Positions 50,277 to 63,900 of a stretch of 64,000 bases of DNA are shown piece after piece; the stretch's first letter is position 1; the number at the start of each line of letters is the position of its first letter. Below the pieces are notes generated by a model, which saw only the letters and a list, made by a program, of their open reading frames with translations, made no database searches and was not told the origin of the DNA. The translations under genes and the position numbers were made by a program. Where the stretch lies: assembly GCF_004010195.1 (NCBI RefSeq), contig NC_057753.1, positions 13,071,446 through 13,135,445 on the forward strand, read 5' to 3'. This stretch comes from Chiloscyllium plagiosum. Its lineage: Eukaryota.

Positions 50277-51409
50277 TATGCTCGACAGAAAACCATTCAC
50301 TTCTTGATTTATTTTGACGTGACTGAACCCAGATCAAAAATAGGCTTCAATTCCGAGGCAGTTGAGGATTCTTTTCTTTGTTCCGATTGACTGATTTTTC
50401 TTATCTCAACAATATATGACTCATAGTTAGTTCATGGCTAATTGCAGTTGAATGTCTCCAATCATTTACCTGATATCGTTATGGTTTTCTCACCCCCTTG
50501 CTCCGTCTCACACTTTCAGACATTATGTTTCTTTCTTGGTTTATTTCAATTTCATTTCAAGCTTAATGGCTATGTACTCAAGGAAGCAAATAGCTCTCTG
50601 TAGGTAAACTGAAACGTGAAGTAATGCAAAATGTATTAAATACTCAGGTCTAAGTTAACGTCTGCAGCAAAGGTGCTCAATTAATCATTACAGTGAAAAG
50701 ACCAGGAAGGAAATGAAAATTCGTCATCCACCTCCAAATTGTGGAGTCTTACACTTGGAGCCACCTTGCTGTGGAAAGTTCATAACTTCAACCAGTCTCT
50801 ACTGTGACCCCAGAGGTTTGAAACCCAATGTCCCTAGTCATGCATTTGAATTACATCACTTTCAAAAGATTGCAGTTTTTTGGTGGAACTGGATCCAGAC
50901 GTTTTAGAAATTAAAAAAAAAGCTTACTCACACCTAAGTTCTATAGAAGTTGAAAAGGTGCAGCAGTATATCATTCAGCCTTTTGACCCCGCTTCACCAT
51001 TTCAGAATAAACAGCTTCTCTGATTGTGGCTTCAGCTCTTCTTCCGTGTCTGGTCCCAGAATACATTTCTCCCTCATAAATCAATTTTCTTTGTAATTCC
51101 ACCTTGAATACATTCAATGGCCCAAATAGCACTTTTATGACAAATATGAATTCCAAAGAGAAACGACGCTCTAAGGGAGAAGTAAAAAATGTCAGCATCT
51201 CCATTTAAGTGGCAGTGTGGAAATTTTAAAAGGTTTGCCTCATAGTTCCATTGTGGCCAAGAAGTAATTTCATCTACTCAACATCCAAAGGTTTTTAACC
51301 ACTTAGGATATTTCATGTTCTACACTAAACACCGCCTATTAATCTCATTGCGTTTTTCCAATGCGTTTGTATTTTTCTCTCCTGGTGCCCTTGATTGTCA
51401 ACCTGGCAC

Positions 51410-51448
51410 AGTTTTTGTGCAGGGGACTAGGCACTCCCATTCACTGTG
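51410..51448 (-). other. Recombination signal sequence, 23-bp spacer
   Basis: CACAGTG-aatgggagtgcctagtcccctgc-ACAAAAACT. Confidence 0.97.
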
Positions 51449-51929
51449 GGTCGAAATGCACAGTAATACACGGCACTGTCTGTCAGCTTCAGGTTTTTCA
51501 CTGATAAGTGGAAAGTGCCTTTGTCCCGGTTGAGATTCCCACGGAAGCGTTCAAAGCCGGGAGCCGTCTCATTATATCCAAAACTATCGGCTCTGAGCAG
51601 ATATCGAGGAGCTTCCTGTGAATACTGGTAGTACCAGAACATGCCGTAGCTTGTAGTTGCAGCAGGTACCGAGTAATTACACGTTATTGCTGAGTCTTCA
51701 CCCGTTAATGCTTCGAGTCGTTGTTGTGACTGGGACACTGAGTCTGCATTGCTCAACTCTGAAATTAAAAAGCGGACACACAGTGGGTTAGAGACAGAAT
51801 GGGAAAGGGCTAATCCCCTGTAGATTGAATTTGAAATACAATGAGTATTTGGGCATGTCGTCTGTAGATTCACCTGAACAAACCTGTGAATAAGAGAATA
51901 CCCAGAGTCAGGCAGAGTTTTAATCCCAT
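51449..51929 (-). CDS. TRAV: TCR alpha/delta V gene segment, apparently functional: leader exon 51884-51929, V exon 51449-51758
   Basis: Leader MGLKLCLTLGILLFT with GTTTGT donor and atttcAG acceptor. V reads ELSNADSVSQSQQRLEALTGEDSAITCNYSVPAATTSYGMFWYYQYSQEAPRYLLRADSFG..RFRGNLNRDKGTFHLSVKNLKLTDSAVYYCAFR, with all hallmark residues and a canonical 23-RSS. Confidence 0.95.
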
Positions 51930-52961
51930 TATTCCCAAGTGATCTCCAGAAGCTGAGACACTAATCACTCTCCGTACCATATCTGGAACTGGAGAAATTC
52001 AAACACCCGGAGAAGTGGTGTGTTTGATTAGCCTTTATCACCCCGCCCATTTCCATTTTTTTCGAACAACCACATGACGGGAAATAATGATCTTCAACAA
52101 ATAATCAGAGAGTGCCCTCCTGTGGCCAGCAGCCAACCTTTGGTAAACACTCAGACACAGTCATGACCAAGTGACAGATACATACCGACTCATTCATGCA
52201 CGCATGCATGCAGCCACAAATGTAAAACAAGGCACGAAAATCAAATGTGCTATGAAATTTTATAAGGTGGTAAACGAACCTTTCACTGGAGCAGTATGTT
52301 AGTGCTAGTCAGTACCTCATGTTCGATGAATGTCTCCTTGGAAAAACTGAGTACTTCTTTCAAATTGAATTCATCAGAGAGCCCCATCCCCACTCGCTCA
52401 CGTTTGCGAGAGTCCCTTTATACCATACTCTATCAAATACCTTCCTGATGTGCAGGAAAACAATTTTCACACCGTGTCTGTTATGTTTGTACGTTTGGAC
52501 AAAGGATGCAATAGGTTCAGGAGCCGAGTGGACCTGGTGGAAGGCACTTGAGCATCATGTTTGTGGCCAGCAGAGACCGCAAGACTTTCGGATGTACTGA
52601 GAATCGACAAGACACCGGCAGGACATCCATTATCTTGCCCTTCGCAATTTCATGCAGATTTCCACTACGGGTTAAACTATACCAGATGTTTCCTCCACGT
52701 GCGGGTTTCAGATGTTATTAATCTTTTGAACTCACATCCTGAACAACCGTCAGACGCTGACTATTTGAACTTTTACAAGGCTCAAGTAGGTATGTTATTG
52801 ATAAACAAGAGAGTGGAAGGTCTTAGAGGTTAAATTGGAATGCTATGTCTGGTTACAATCAGAACGGTCATGATTTTATTTAAAAGTGAAGCACACTCTA
52901 GGTGTCACGTAGTCTAATCCTGGTCCTTGTTCCAATGTTTCCTCATTCATATTACAAACAG

Positions 52962-53163
52962 AATCTGCACAGTAATGCACCATGCTGTCAGACAGCCGGG
53001 GCGCCGAGTTTGTAAATCAGTACATTGGGTAATATTGCCCAATTTGACATTGGTCTGATCCGTGGTGCAGTGTTCTTGGAATTTGAACTGCAACACAGAT
53101 AATGAACACCCGATTGCAGGTCACAAGCAAAAGAGATATCATGAGGACACACCCCACAACGTC
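52962..53163 (-). pseudogene. Truncated V-segment relic
   Basis: FR3 remnant TNSAPRLSDSMVHYCAD (compare TISxLxLSDSAVYYCA) at about 53013-52963; acceptor-like tttttAG near 53164; RSS missing. Confidence 0.55.
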
Positions 53164-53672
53164 CTAAAAATCTAATCCTTCTGATTGACCAGTTAATTCG
53201 CATGAAATAAATGTAAACTCTGATTGCTGTAAATCTTCATTGTTAGTTGTAAAGTAATTAATTTTGATAATGATAACTTTGGTTAGTCATCTATGAAGAT
53301 TTTATATCACGTGATAAAGTAGCATAGCAGGTGATAAATGAAAGACAAAATGAATATTTTAACACTAACCAAGCTTATGGTAGGCAATGGACAGCCGATT
53401 CTAATTGGTAGTTGCGAGATCTCGCACTTCTAAGTAATAATTGAATACAATGGCGTTTATTTTTGTGTAGGGATTTTGCTACATCTCTAAAGCATTGTGA
53501 GATACATAGCACAGAATTAGACTGTAGAGCCAGAAGTAAGAGTATTGTTTATTGTCAGTTTGGTCGTGTTTACAATGCTCTCAAACGTTGACGAGAAACG
53601 TTCAGTGACGTTTGGATTCCTTTTTGTATTCCTTCCTATAATACGAATAACATTCCGTAGAGGGTGTCTAAG

Positions 53673-54029
53673 ATGAAGACATTTGCAGTATTTCTACGTT
53701 TGATTGCATTTTTTTTAAGCTGCAGGTTACTGCGACCGTTCTTCCAACTTGAACCACCATTTCAGGGACCAACAGTTCCAAAGTTGCTTAATGGTTCCAC
53801 TCAAAGCGAAAACCACGTCCAAAATCATCATGGTCGTCACCATTTACTACGTTCATATCCAACCTGCAACAATACTTTCGTCAGAACTCTCGAAGAGAAT
53901 GGATATATGCTGGAAAGGAGATACTTACTGGGAAATAATAAAATGATCAGGAGCAGAAAAAGAAGCTTCTGCATGTTGCGGTGTGATTCCACAGTGCAGT
54001 CCAAATTGTCCATTGTCGGAACAAAAGTA
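53673..54029 (+). pseudogene. Degenerate leader + V relic with RSS remnant, inverted orientation
   Basis: Leader-like MKTFAVFLRLIAFFLS, donor at 53726, acceptor atttcAG at 53765, GTNSSKVA*..LQQYFRQ..FCMLRCD, then CACAGTG (53990-53996)-24 bp-ACAAAAGTA. Confidence 0.5.
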
Positions 54030-56716
54030 CATTCGCTCACCCAATTCATGTCTGATCCAATGAATGACAAACTGAGTTGGCAATGTGGCCAGACCGAGGA
54101 CAGCAAAGGGAAGCTGAAGAAGACACTGGCGATGTTTTGTTGCTCTAGTATTAGCTGAGCGAATGTGTGATATGCGTGACTCTGACGTCCTCTTGTGTTG
54201 TCTCTGTGTAAATTATTCTGCAGGACAAAGCATGAAGTGTTGTTGAATATCGTTATCTATAGAGTAACTGAGAGAATATATATGATATTTTTGGAGATTG
54301 TGGAAGCAATTGTGTTTGCTGCTCACTATTTTCAACGATTTTATGCTTATTTCTCCAGTCGTCTTTTGTGTGATCCTTTTGCATTTCCTCCTTATTGGTG
54401 TGCGTTGCTTGTTTAACTTTGGATCCCTCAGTTTATGATTTCTCAGTCTATTTATTTCAGGTTGAATCTAAATCTCTATTTTCTGTTTTCTTTTTCTTCC
54501 TCTCTATCATTCAGCGACTGTATCTGTGCTCTTTCAAACCCCTGTGATCTTTATTTGTAGAGACAGTTGATGGTTTCAGGATGAACCGAAGAGAGTTGGC
54601 TGACAATGTCCATCACTTGGTCATCTCTCAATCAGTACCTTTCTTCATATACCCAAATGGATATTGCAATGTAAATCAAAATGCAATTCATGATCTGAAT
54701 TAGATTTGTGCGATGAAAAACAAAAGGGTGATGCTCAAGGTGATGGTCATGTTCCCCAAAGGACTTACGTTTCAATCGTCTTCCTGTACAATTGTATTCA
54801 GATTAGAATTTACCAATACCTTAATTTAATCGAGTGAAAACATCAATCCAATGTACTTTCTTTTTAGCCATGTAGAAATACGTTGGTAAGCACAACACAG
54901 CTTTCTGAATATGACATTGTTAAGATACGTACTTCATTAAGTACGTATTTCATTCATTTCATTTTGTGATTTATTTCTTGTTTTATTGTTTTTTGAAGAC
55001 ACTTAGTAGTGAGATACCCCTTTTATATTTGCGTGTTATTTGCATCTTGTCTACAATATTTTTGCTTATCAGTTTGCCTTGTAAAATTCCTCATTTCATC
55101 TTTATTTCTGACTATAAAGATGTCAACACTTCGTCATTGCTGTGCAATTATAATCTCCGACTGCTTTCAGATTATCACTGCATGCTGAGAAAAAATGGCA
55201 TCAACAACTTCGAAAATGACATCTTGATTGAGCGACAATTTCTGGTTTTGTTTATGAGATCTTAATTCTGGAATTTAGTATTGATGGCTTGTGATTGATA
55301 CATGCATCGGAAGAGATTGATGTTTATATATTTAGGTGTAGCATCTAAGAGCCTGGAATGACTATATGAACATTTTTGACGACATTCTTGTGAATTGAGT
55401 TCTCTATTTTGCAAACAATAACAGCAATGAAACAGTGGCAGCAATATTCCCAGTAATGCAAGCGAGTCAAAATGGCAGCAGCAAACGGATGGTGTGGCCG
55501 GAATAACTGCCGACTCAAAGCTTAATGAATTATTGTGATGGTTCCCAGATGTGCTTGGAGTACATGGATTAGAAAGAACGAAGGTTGAACCTCGAGGTCT
55601 GTGTCAACCCTGCACGTGCTTACTGTTCAATTGATTGCAAAGATGCTTGGAGGAATCAGAATACGGAAACTTTTAATTTAGAGTGAGGCACATCAAACAC
55701 TTCTATGCTTTTGAAAGAGTTGTCGATTTCTTTTATCCCCAACTGCAGCCTGATGCTAGGAAATTCACTGCCAGATATACCTCTGGCATGTTTCTGATCA
55801 TATTGGTAGTTGTGTTGGAAAGTAAGAAAATTGTAATCAATGTTGTCATGCGCATTTATACTTAGGTTACTCGAAAACAGATTAGAACATGAGTTAAGGC
55901 CTTCTCTTTTAATCATATTTGATGAAGTTAGCCATCAGTCCTAAATATATATGAATGCATTTCTGCATGGGTGTTTAGACGCTGTCTTTCTGATAGATAT
56001 AGATTTAGTCTCATTACAATTAGTGGCCCGCTCACATGCCTTTACAAGTGGACGGTGTGTGGATTGAGCCCTGCATATTCATGTCAGCCAATGGTGCTAA
56101 CTGAATGGAGGACAGTATAGGATTTCTCCTGCTACTGCAGTGGTACTGCTCAGTAATGCAGTGCCTCTCTCGGTAACAAACACAGACTGCAAAGACATTG
56201 ATACAGCCTCACTATTAGTTGCAGTTTAACTTCTGTAGATATAGAGGAGTGTCATACAAATACATATAATATGCATATACAATGTCTATCAGAGCGAGTC
56301 AATGCACTATGACGAAGGGAAGAGTAAGTAATTCCAGGTAGTATTCACTGAAATGATCGTAGGTCCTTTTCACATACTGCAACTTCCTGTAAAATAATTT
56401 ACAGAAGAATCAGGCCAGTAAAGTTCATAAATGGCTTACTGAGCCATGCACTAATAGCATTGCAGCCGTTGGACCAATGTCTTAGGTATCCGTGATCACA
56501 AAGCTGGAGGAAGAGATCCCCAGTAATTTCTATGGGTGCTCATCATCAAACGACTAACTGTTTTACAATGCATCACAAATTATTTTATAATATAATTTTA
56601 TTGAAAATTAAAGTAACAACTGGTCCTCGGCTATTCTTGATTAATGCTGTGCTTTATTTTGTTATTGGACTGATAACACTGTGATTCTCATTCTGAAGAC
56701 TGAACTGCTGTTTCAG

Positions 56717-57026
56717 GTTCTCCATGTGATGTCGCTCTCTGATGGGCACGAACTGGAATTCTCAGCATACATTTTCAGGATGGCTCCGCTATTTCCCTGC
56801 TACTCTGTGGACTGTGCGGCACAGGGATACCAGGCGCTCTCTGAGAGAAGAGCCCAGATGGTAAATGAACTGATTTGATCTGATTGTTCAAAACAACAGA
56901 GTACCAATCTGGAAAATCGTCAGATGCATCACCTGAGATATACCATCAGTGAGCAGCGGCTGTCCAACAGTTTACTGGCCACTGACAGACACAATGACAT
57001 GAAGCTGTTATGAAGATATTAAAACA
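56717..57026 (+). pseudogene. Degenerate V pseudogene related to the 48.5-kb V family, inverted orientation
   Basis: Acceptor ctgtttcAG; across frameshifts SIHFQ..YSV.L..QGYQAL..TISEQRLSNS..YWPLT, then CACAATG (56990-56996)-21 bp-ATTAAAACA. Confidence 0.6.
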
Positions 57027-57061
57027 GCAGAACTACCAGAGACAGCACCATATGTTCTCAA

Positions 57062-57674
57062 TGTAACACTGGGTCGAGCAACTCGATTAGTTCGATGCCT
57101 CGAGACATGAACAAATTCAAATTCAGCCAATCTGTTTAAATTATACCAAGAAAAATGCCAATTCCCAATCAAGTTTCAATTGAGTATATTGACGATGTTA
57201 AAAGCTAATGACAGCATTCGGTGCTCTGGGATATATGACCGGGGAAAATTGAACAGTTGAGGGTATAACGGTCAAGTCCGAGGAATGTAACAGACTGCTT
57301 GAAAAATAGCTCTCTTAAAAGTACTTTTCGATCAGTAACCTGTAAGCAGATATTCCTAACAAGGAGAAAAGAAGTCACAGACAGATCCGAAGACAAGAAC
57401 CTAAACCTGCCAGGTTTTGAGATAAGTGTCGTTTTCTAAATCTTAGTTGTGAGTTTTATCAGACTAGTATTATAGAAGGGAAAGTCACAGATAGGTTAGA
57501 GAAATAAATTGTACATAATGGTTAGTTAATTATTCTCTGTTATACTTCAAGAATTTTTTTTTTTACTTTGCATACTTCTTGACCACTCATCGTTTTACAG
57601 TTTACTGCACAGGGTTCATCTTTTCTGTGTTGCTGGTTTAAAGTTAAGCAGAATAGTTACCCCATTTCATAATA
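57062..57674 (+). mobile_element. Putative gypsy-type solo LTR
   Basis: Begins TGTAACAC and ends ttctgtgttgctggtttaaagttaagcagaatagttaccccatttcataata, a common elasmobranch LTR end. Confidence 0.55.
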
Positions 57675-60165
57675 GTAACGAACAGTTAACTATTCAATCT
57701 CATCTTCCAATACTTGACTAATTGCCTTGTATTACTTGCTGTTGCAAGTACGTGTCGAAAATAAGCAGGGTTTTTGTCTCTACCGTCCTTAATAACTGAT
57801 TTTAGGATCCTGGGAAACCGCTGGTTGAACAGAACTCTTCATATTTTTGGTTAATCCACTGCCTCCAACTTTAAATTTATTCAGCGGACACTGAAGCATC
57901 CAGCAATGGGAAACATTCATTCCTCTCCATTTATCTACGTTCATTCTTGCCCTTTCGATCTATATCGCTCACAATTTTATGCGTCCCAATCAGGAGAGCT
58001 TAACCTCCTATACTCCAATGAAAATAAGTCTGTCCATACCTTCTTCATAACTAAAGGTCTCCAGCCAATTTAACATGAAAGGAGTCTGCTCTGCACCCGC
58101 TCTTTCGCAATACATTTCTATACTGTGAAGTCCAAAACTCAATGCATTACTTTAGCTGCAGCCTAAACAATATTGTATGCGGTTCCGCCAAGACCTCACC
58201 GTTCTAAGCTCGATGATTTAGTTAATAAATACAAGTGCCCCGTTACTTTCAAAACTATCCCACCACCTTAACGGACCAGTGGACATGTAAGCCAAAGGCT
58301 CCCTGGTCCTCAGTGCTTTGCAATGTCCCATGGTTCCTTATGCATTCGTTTGCCTTGCTTATCCTGCCCGCGCGTATGACCTCGCATTCAGAAAGGTTGA
58401 TTTCAATTTGCCTCTAATCAGTCCATCTGACAAGCCCGCCTATCTCATCCTGTAATGTTAGACTATCTTCCCACTATTGGTCACACGTATTTATGAATGA
58501 TTCATATATTTCAATGAAATTACTGATTAACATTCATATCCTGACATTCATATTTAAATAAGTGATATAACCACAGACAGAATTATTCCAATGCTGACCA
58601 TTGCTGAGCTCCAGTGAAATCAGGATTATAGTCATAAAACTTCGGCGGATTATAACAGTCTGCTTTCTGTCCCACACGAAAATCTGGATCCAAACAGCGT
58701 TTTTATTTCTTAATTTCAATGTGGTCTTACTTTTGTTATCAATCTCCCATGTGGGAACTTATCAATGCAAGGCTGAAGTGGCATCTTTAACACACCGTCT
58801 CGCTGATTCGAAAACATCAATCGAGTTGCTCAACCATGAACCGCAAACTTAATAAAACTGTACTGTTTGTTTTTAGTTAGTCTCTACCTATCCAAGTGCA
58901 AATTATTTCCTTGCCTCACAATTGCTTCTGATAGTTTGCCACTTGAGTTCAGAGTGAGAGATCGTAGTTTCTTGGTTTATCCCTTCCTTCATTGTTAAAA
59001 GAATGGTATCGCATTGACTGTCCTCCAGTCAGCTAATGAAGTCCTCAGGTAGATCGTGGTAAACAAATAAATGCATACAAAAACATGCTCAATGACGATG
59101 CTGGTTTTAACTGTCACAGAAATGTTGAATCAATCTTCGAATAACCTATGTGATTATATGGAACGGTGTCTTCCCAAGTAGGATACAACGCAGCGCCCAA
59201 TTGCTTGTGTGCATCTGGGCGTATGCTTCTCTCTTCTTGTAGCTTTCTGTATCACTACCAACAATCTCCAATGTAACGCCCTCTTCTGTTGGTTTATCAG
59301 TGCATGATTCAGCGCCTTCTTATCCACTTCTGATGGCGACTCTCTGTCATTACCTGAGTTTCAGATTCATTCTCTCCATCTGTTGCAATCTCTCTGTATT
59401 AGTGTACTCAGCCTCACTTTGATTTGATAGACCATAACTTAACAAAAATCAGTTACAGATGGCGACTTCAACCTTAATTTTCCATCCGTCGAAATATAGG
59501 GTATTGAAAGTAACTGGCAGATATGGACAGACATACAGAGTGAGGACAGAGAAACATAAATAGATTTTATTCATTTGATGCAGATGATTTTGAGCATGGG
59601 TGAAATGTTATGCCTATCCCCACAGTTACCTGCAACGTAGAGATGTGAGCGTGTGTCTGGGAGGGACAAAGTCAGAGGTCTGACGACACCAGGTTAGAGT
59701 TCAACTGATTTCATAGTGCTGCTCCTTCTGTTAGAATACAAGCAGGTACCGTCAGACTTCTGAGTGAAGTAAAGAGAGAATTATGTTGCTGGTTGTCTGG
59801 TGCTACATGTATGCTTACTAGATCAGGCCAGGATGACAGTTCTCTTCCCTTGATCCAGACAACTGATTCGAGATAATCATTAATTCTTCATAATAGCTCT
59901 TTTTTGCTGATTTATAGTCTGCAATGGCGGGATTGGAAACCCTCTTCCGAGAATATTACCTAACCCTTTGGATAGAAAGCCTATTGACCAGACCACAAGT
60001 ACTTCCCCTCATGTCGTGATTATTATAAAGGTGAAGCTGATCTACGATGATAGACGTGCTGAAATTAAGATTAATCTTATGTATAGTGATATGGGAAATG
60101 GGATTAAAGGGTTAACATTGAGACAAAGGCAGTTGGTAATTGCACGATGACTTTCATGTGGAGTG

Positions 60166-60962
60166 TGTCAGAATGTGGATGATGAACCCAATTGCCAATT
60201 TAAACCAAATACCCAGAAAACGTCACCTCGCATTGCAATCTGTTAAAAATGTCTGAGTGAAATAAGAGCTCTAATTTACTCTCTATAAATAAAACGTAAT
60301 GATTAATTTACTTAACCCTAACCGGGAACACTCAGCAAAACCTTTAACAAACCGAACACTCTTTCCCATACCTAACCACTGCCGCTTAGCTGAATATAAT
60401 TCTATTAAAATGCAGTTCAATAACACAATTATTGAACGTCACAATTACTTCATTTCTCAAAGTTCACAATTCTCTTATGCTGTCTTCCATCCAGTCTTCC
60501 TTCCGGTCTTCTGATTCTGCTATCTTCTCCCTGGGTCATCTTACTTTCAAAAGATACCTTTTGATGGATAGTGTACGCTGAAATTTCTTCGAGACAATGT
60601 CTTATTTCTTTTCAGATGGCAGTTGTATTGACAAGTTTTCACATTGCACACGGTTTTTATAGCCCCAACATTTTTCGCTCTCATTGGTCCGAGTCTGTCA
60701 ATACAAGAGATTCAAACTCTATTCGGTTTTAGTATCCTGGGTACAGCTTACATTAATTGGTTAAATATGTCTTATTGTCGAAACAACAACCAAAATTCAG
60801 GTATCCATTTAACAGCCATTTGTTACATGTCGCCACTTTGGTACAGTCAGTATCTTCGCTGTTCTGTATTCCAGCAGTTGTGACTTTACTGCAAATTTAC
60901 TTTAAAATTCAGAACGCACAATCTGTCTTCAAGTGAGCATACACTCCTTTGACTTTGTAACA
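60166..60962. mobile_element. Putative LTR (TG...CA) adjacent to the gypsy internal region
   Basis: TGTCAGAA...tttgtaaCA termini, about 800 bp, non-coding. Confidence 0.45.
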
Positions 60963-60999
60963 TGAAGAATTATCGGGTGATGGTGCATGGGTAATTTGG

Positions 61000-63900
61000 G
61001 CCGCATAAATTAGCTTTGTACCAGGATAACCTGTAACAAAATTAAGAAGCGATGCAGATAGAGAAAAAGAGTCTTCAGAGCAAGACTACTGGAAATCTGA
61101 GGAATTGTTTCCAATTGATGGAAGATGTTGGGTGAAAATTATCGGTTCTTTGGTGTAATGACACTGAGATACTAACACTTATCAGCAAAGTGCGACCATC
61201 TGATAACCCAAGACAGCAGATCACTGAAAGTAGGGTTTTAGAATGAGTGTCTTCTATGATAAAGTTGCTCCTTTGACAAGATTATGCATTTTTTTTCCAG
61301 AGAGGTCGTAAATGAATCAGACAGTTGAAATGGGTGATGATGATGATTTCGTCCATAACACAATGTTTGGCTTCCATAATCAATTTCAATCCATGAGAGA
61401 TAGAAATTTGAGCAAAGAGAATGCCTCACGTGGAAAGGGGAAAGTAGATGTCGGTGAAGATCATAAGGATAATTTACTCAAGGGCAAAAAGGAAACCATT
61501 GAAGGGGACAGAGAAGTTCAAAAGCTCCAGTATTTTCACTGCAAAGAAGTAGGCTACATTAAATCACAATGTTAGTGGTTGAGGAGAAACACTGAGATGA
61601 TGTAGGAACACAAAATAAGGCAGTGAATTTTGTTGGTGTGGTAACAGAAAGCACAATGGACGCTAGAGAGCTGCACTAGAATGTACAAGCGGGTCGGAGT
61701 TTGGTTATGGCGGAAGTGCCAGATCTTCTTAAACTATATACTGTGAAGGTAAAGTTTATTCACATTGGCCACGAACAGCAAGTGAAGAGGTTACAATATT
61801 AAGTGACACAGGATCCTTTCAGTCTATGATGCTGACAGATGAGGAGATGATGCAAGATGATCAGAGGATTAGATAGGATAGACAGTGAAAGATTTTTTCC
61901 TAGGATGATGACGTCAGCTTGTAAAAGAGGGCATAACTACAAATTGAGGGGTGATAGATTTAAGACAGATGTCAGCGGCAAGTTATTTGCGTAGAGAGTG
62001 GTAAGGGCGTGCTGCTACTATAGTCAACTCAGCCACATTAGGGAGATTTAAACAATCCTTAGATAAGCACATGGTTGATTCTGGGATAGTGTATGGGGGC
62101 CAGCTGAGAATAGTTCATAGGTCGGCGCAACATCAAGGGGCGAAGAGCCTGTACTGCGCTGTATTGTTCTGTGTTCTATGTTTTATATGTACTTCTGAAG
62201 GACTATTGTGAAAAAAATGTACTTGTAACAGGTTTAACGGTGAGACAAGAAGTGCTCAATTATGTAAAGTTAGTTTAGAGTGTCCAGTGAAGAATGGAGA
62301 ATTCGTGGTAGGAGTACTGGATAAACTCTCACCTCCAGGAATACAGTTCGTTGTTGCTAATTATATCGCTGATTCACCATTAGGAGTGCTGCCTACTGTG
62401 ATGGAATCTCGGGCAACTGAACTATTGTAGGACACAAATCCTGGACATTTTCCTGACTGTGTTGTAATGAGGTCACAAAATCACCATCTGAATCAGGAGA
62501 GAACAAAGATTATAGATAAGAACGTTGAAACATTAGCAGAAGCTTGTTTGATCAGATAGTTGACAAAAAAGGAGCTTATAGACGACAATGCAGACATCTT
62601 TAGCTCTGATAAGTTAACTGAGTTACAGCAAAAAGATGAAAGCTTAAAGCAATTGTATCAAAAGGCATAGACAGAAATTGAATTCGAATATATCCCTGAA
62701 TGTTGTTATCTTAAAAATAATTTCTTAATGAGACCATCGCGTATTCAGGCAGATGAGAACTGGGCAGAAGTTCATCAAATCAAATTACCAGTGGAGAATA
62801 GAAATGAGTCGATGCAAATAGCGGATGAACTACCACTTAGGGGTTATTACGGCGTAAGGAAAACACAAGCTAAAATACAGAAACAGTTTTACTGGCCTGG
62901 ACTACACAAGGATGTAGTTGATTTTTTTCCAGACGTGTCATAAATGTCAGATAATTGAAAAACCACAGTAGTAATAAAACCCGCACTTTTAATATCTTTT
63001 TGTGCATTTGAGGAACGTTTTTAAATAAATGTTTCTATTGGAAAGCTTTTTTTAAAACTTTTACAAAACATTTCCTATTGCCAGTGTCTTTTTTGATTGT
63101 GCGGGTCCCCTACCTCAGACAAAATGTGGGAATCAGTATTTGCTCACAATAATGCATGTGTCGACTAGATTCCCAAGGGTGTTCCAATATGCAATATCAT
63201 ATATAAAAGTGTTGGAAAGGAATTACTCAAATTTTTCACGGGTTACGGACTACCAACAGAAATACAATCACATCACGGGTAAAACATCACATCAAAATTA
63301 TGTAAGAAAGTTATGGACAATTTAGGAATTAAGCAATTTAAATCTACTGCGTAACATCCAGAATTGCAGATAGTGCGAGAAAGGCGGCATCAGGTATTAC
63401 AGGCCATGTTGAGGGCTTATAATCAAGAGTATTTCGATGATTGGGATAACAAAATTCCGTTTGTGCATTTTGCGATCAGAGATGCACAGGTTGCATCCTC
63501 CAAATTCAGTCCATTTAAATTAGATTTTGGCAATGAAGTGAGAGGACAGTTAAAATTTATTAAACCGAAATTGGGATATCAGGATTCGGAGACCACATAT
63601 TTGGATTATGTATCAAATTTTACAGAACGATTAAATAGAGCTGGGAGTTGGCTAGACAGCTATCTATAGTATAGCAGCATACAAGGAAGAAGGAAAGAAA
63701 TTTAAAATTTGCAATTTTGTTATCGGGGTAAGATTTTAGTGTTGCTTCTAGTGAAGGTCAACATTTAAAATCAAGGTCTTGTGGCCCTTATCAAGTTGAA
63801 AGGAAATTTAGTGAGGTGAACTACTTGATAAGGACTCCAGACAGAAAGAAATCTCACAAAGTGTGTCATGTGACTATGATCATAAATTATTTTGACAGGG

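Noticed and set aside
53664-54158. 164-aa ORF with a signal-peptide-like start, as a novel secreted protein
   Set aside because: Better explained as chance read-through of a decayed leader, V and RSS.
54560-55260. Faint V-like fragments (MSITW..; LLCNY..)
   Set aside because: No YYC, WYRQ or RSS support; likely over-reading.
56157-56184. 12-RSS-like TGCAGTG-12 bp-ACAAACACA
   Set aside because: Lacks the essential CAC and has no convincing V, D or J coding sequence adjacent.
57769-57777. Perfect nonamer GGTTTTTGT
   Set aside because: No heptamer at 12 or 23 bp; lies in repeat-derived DNA.
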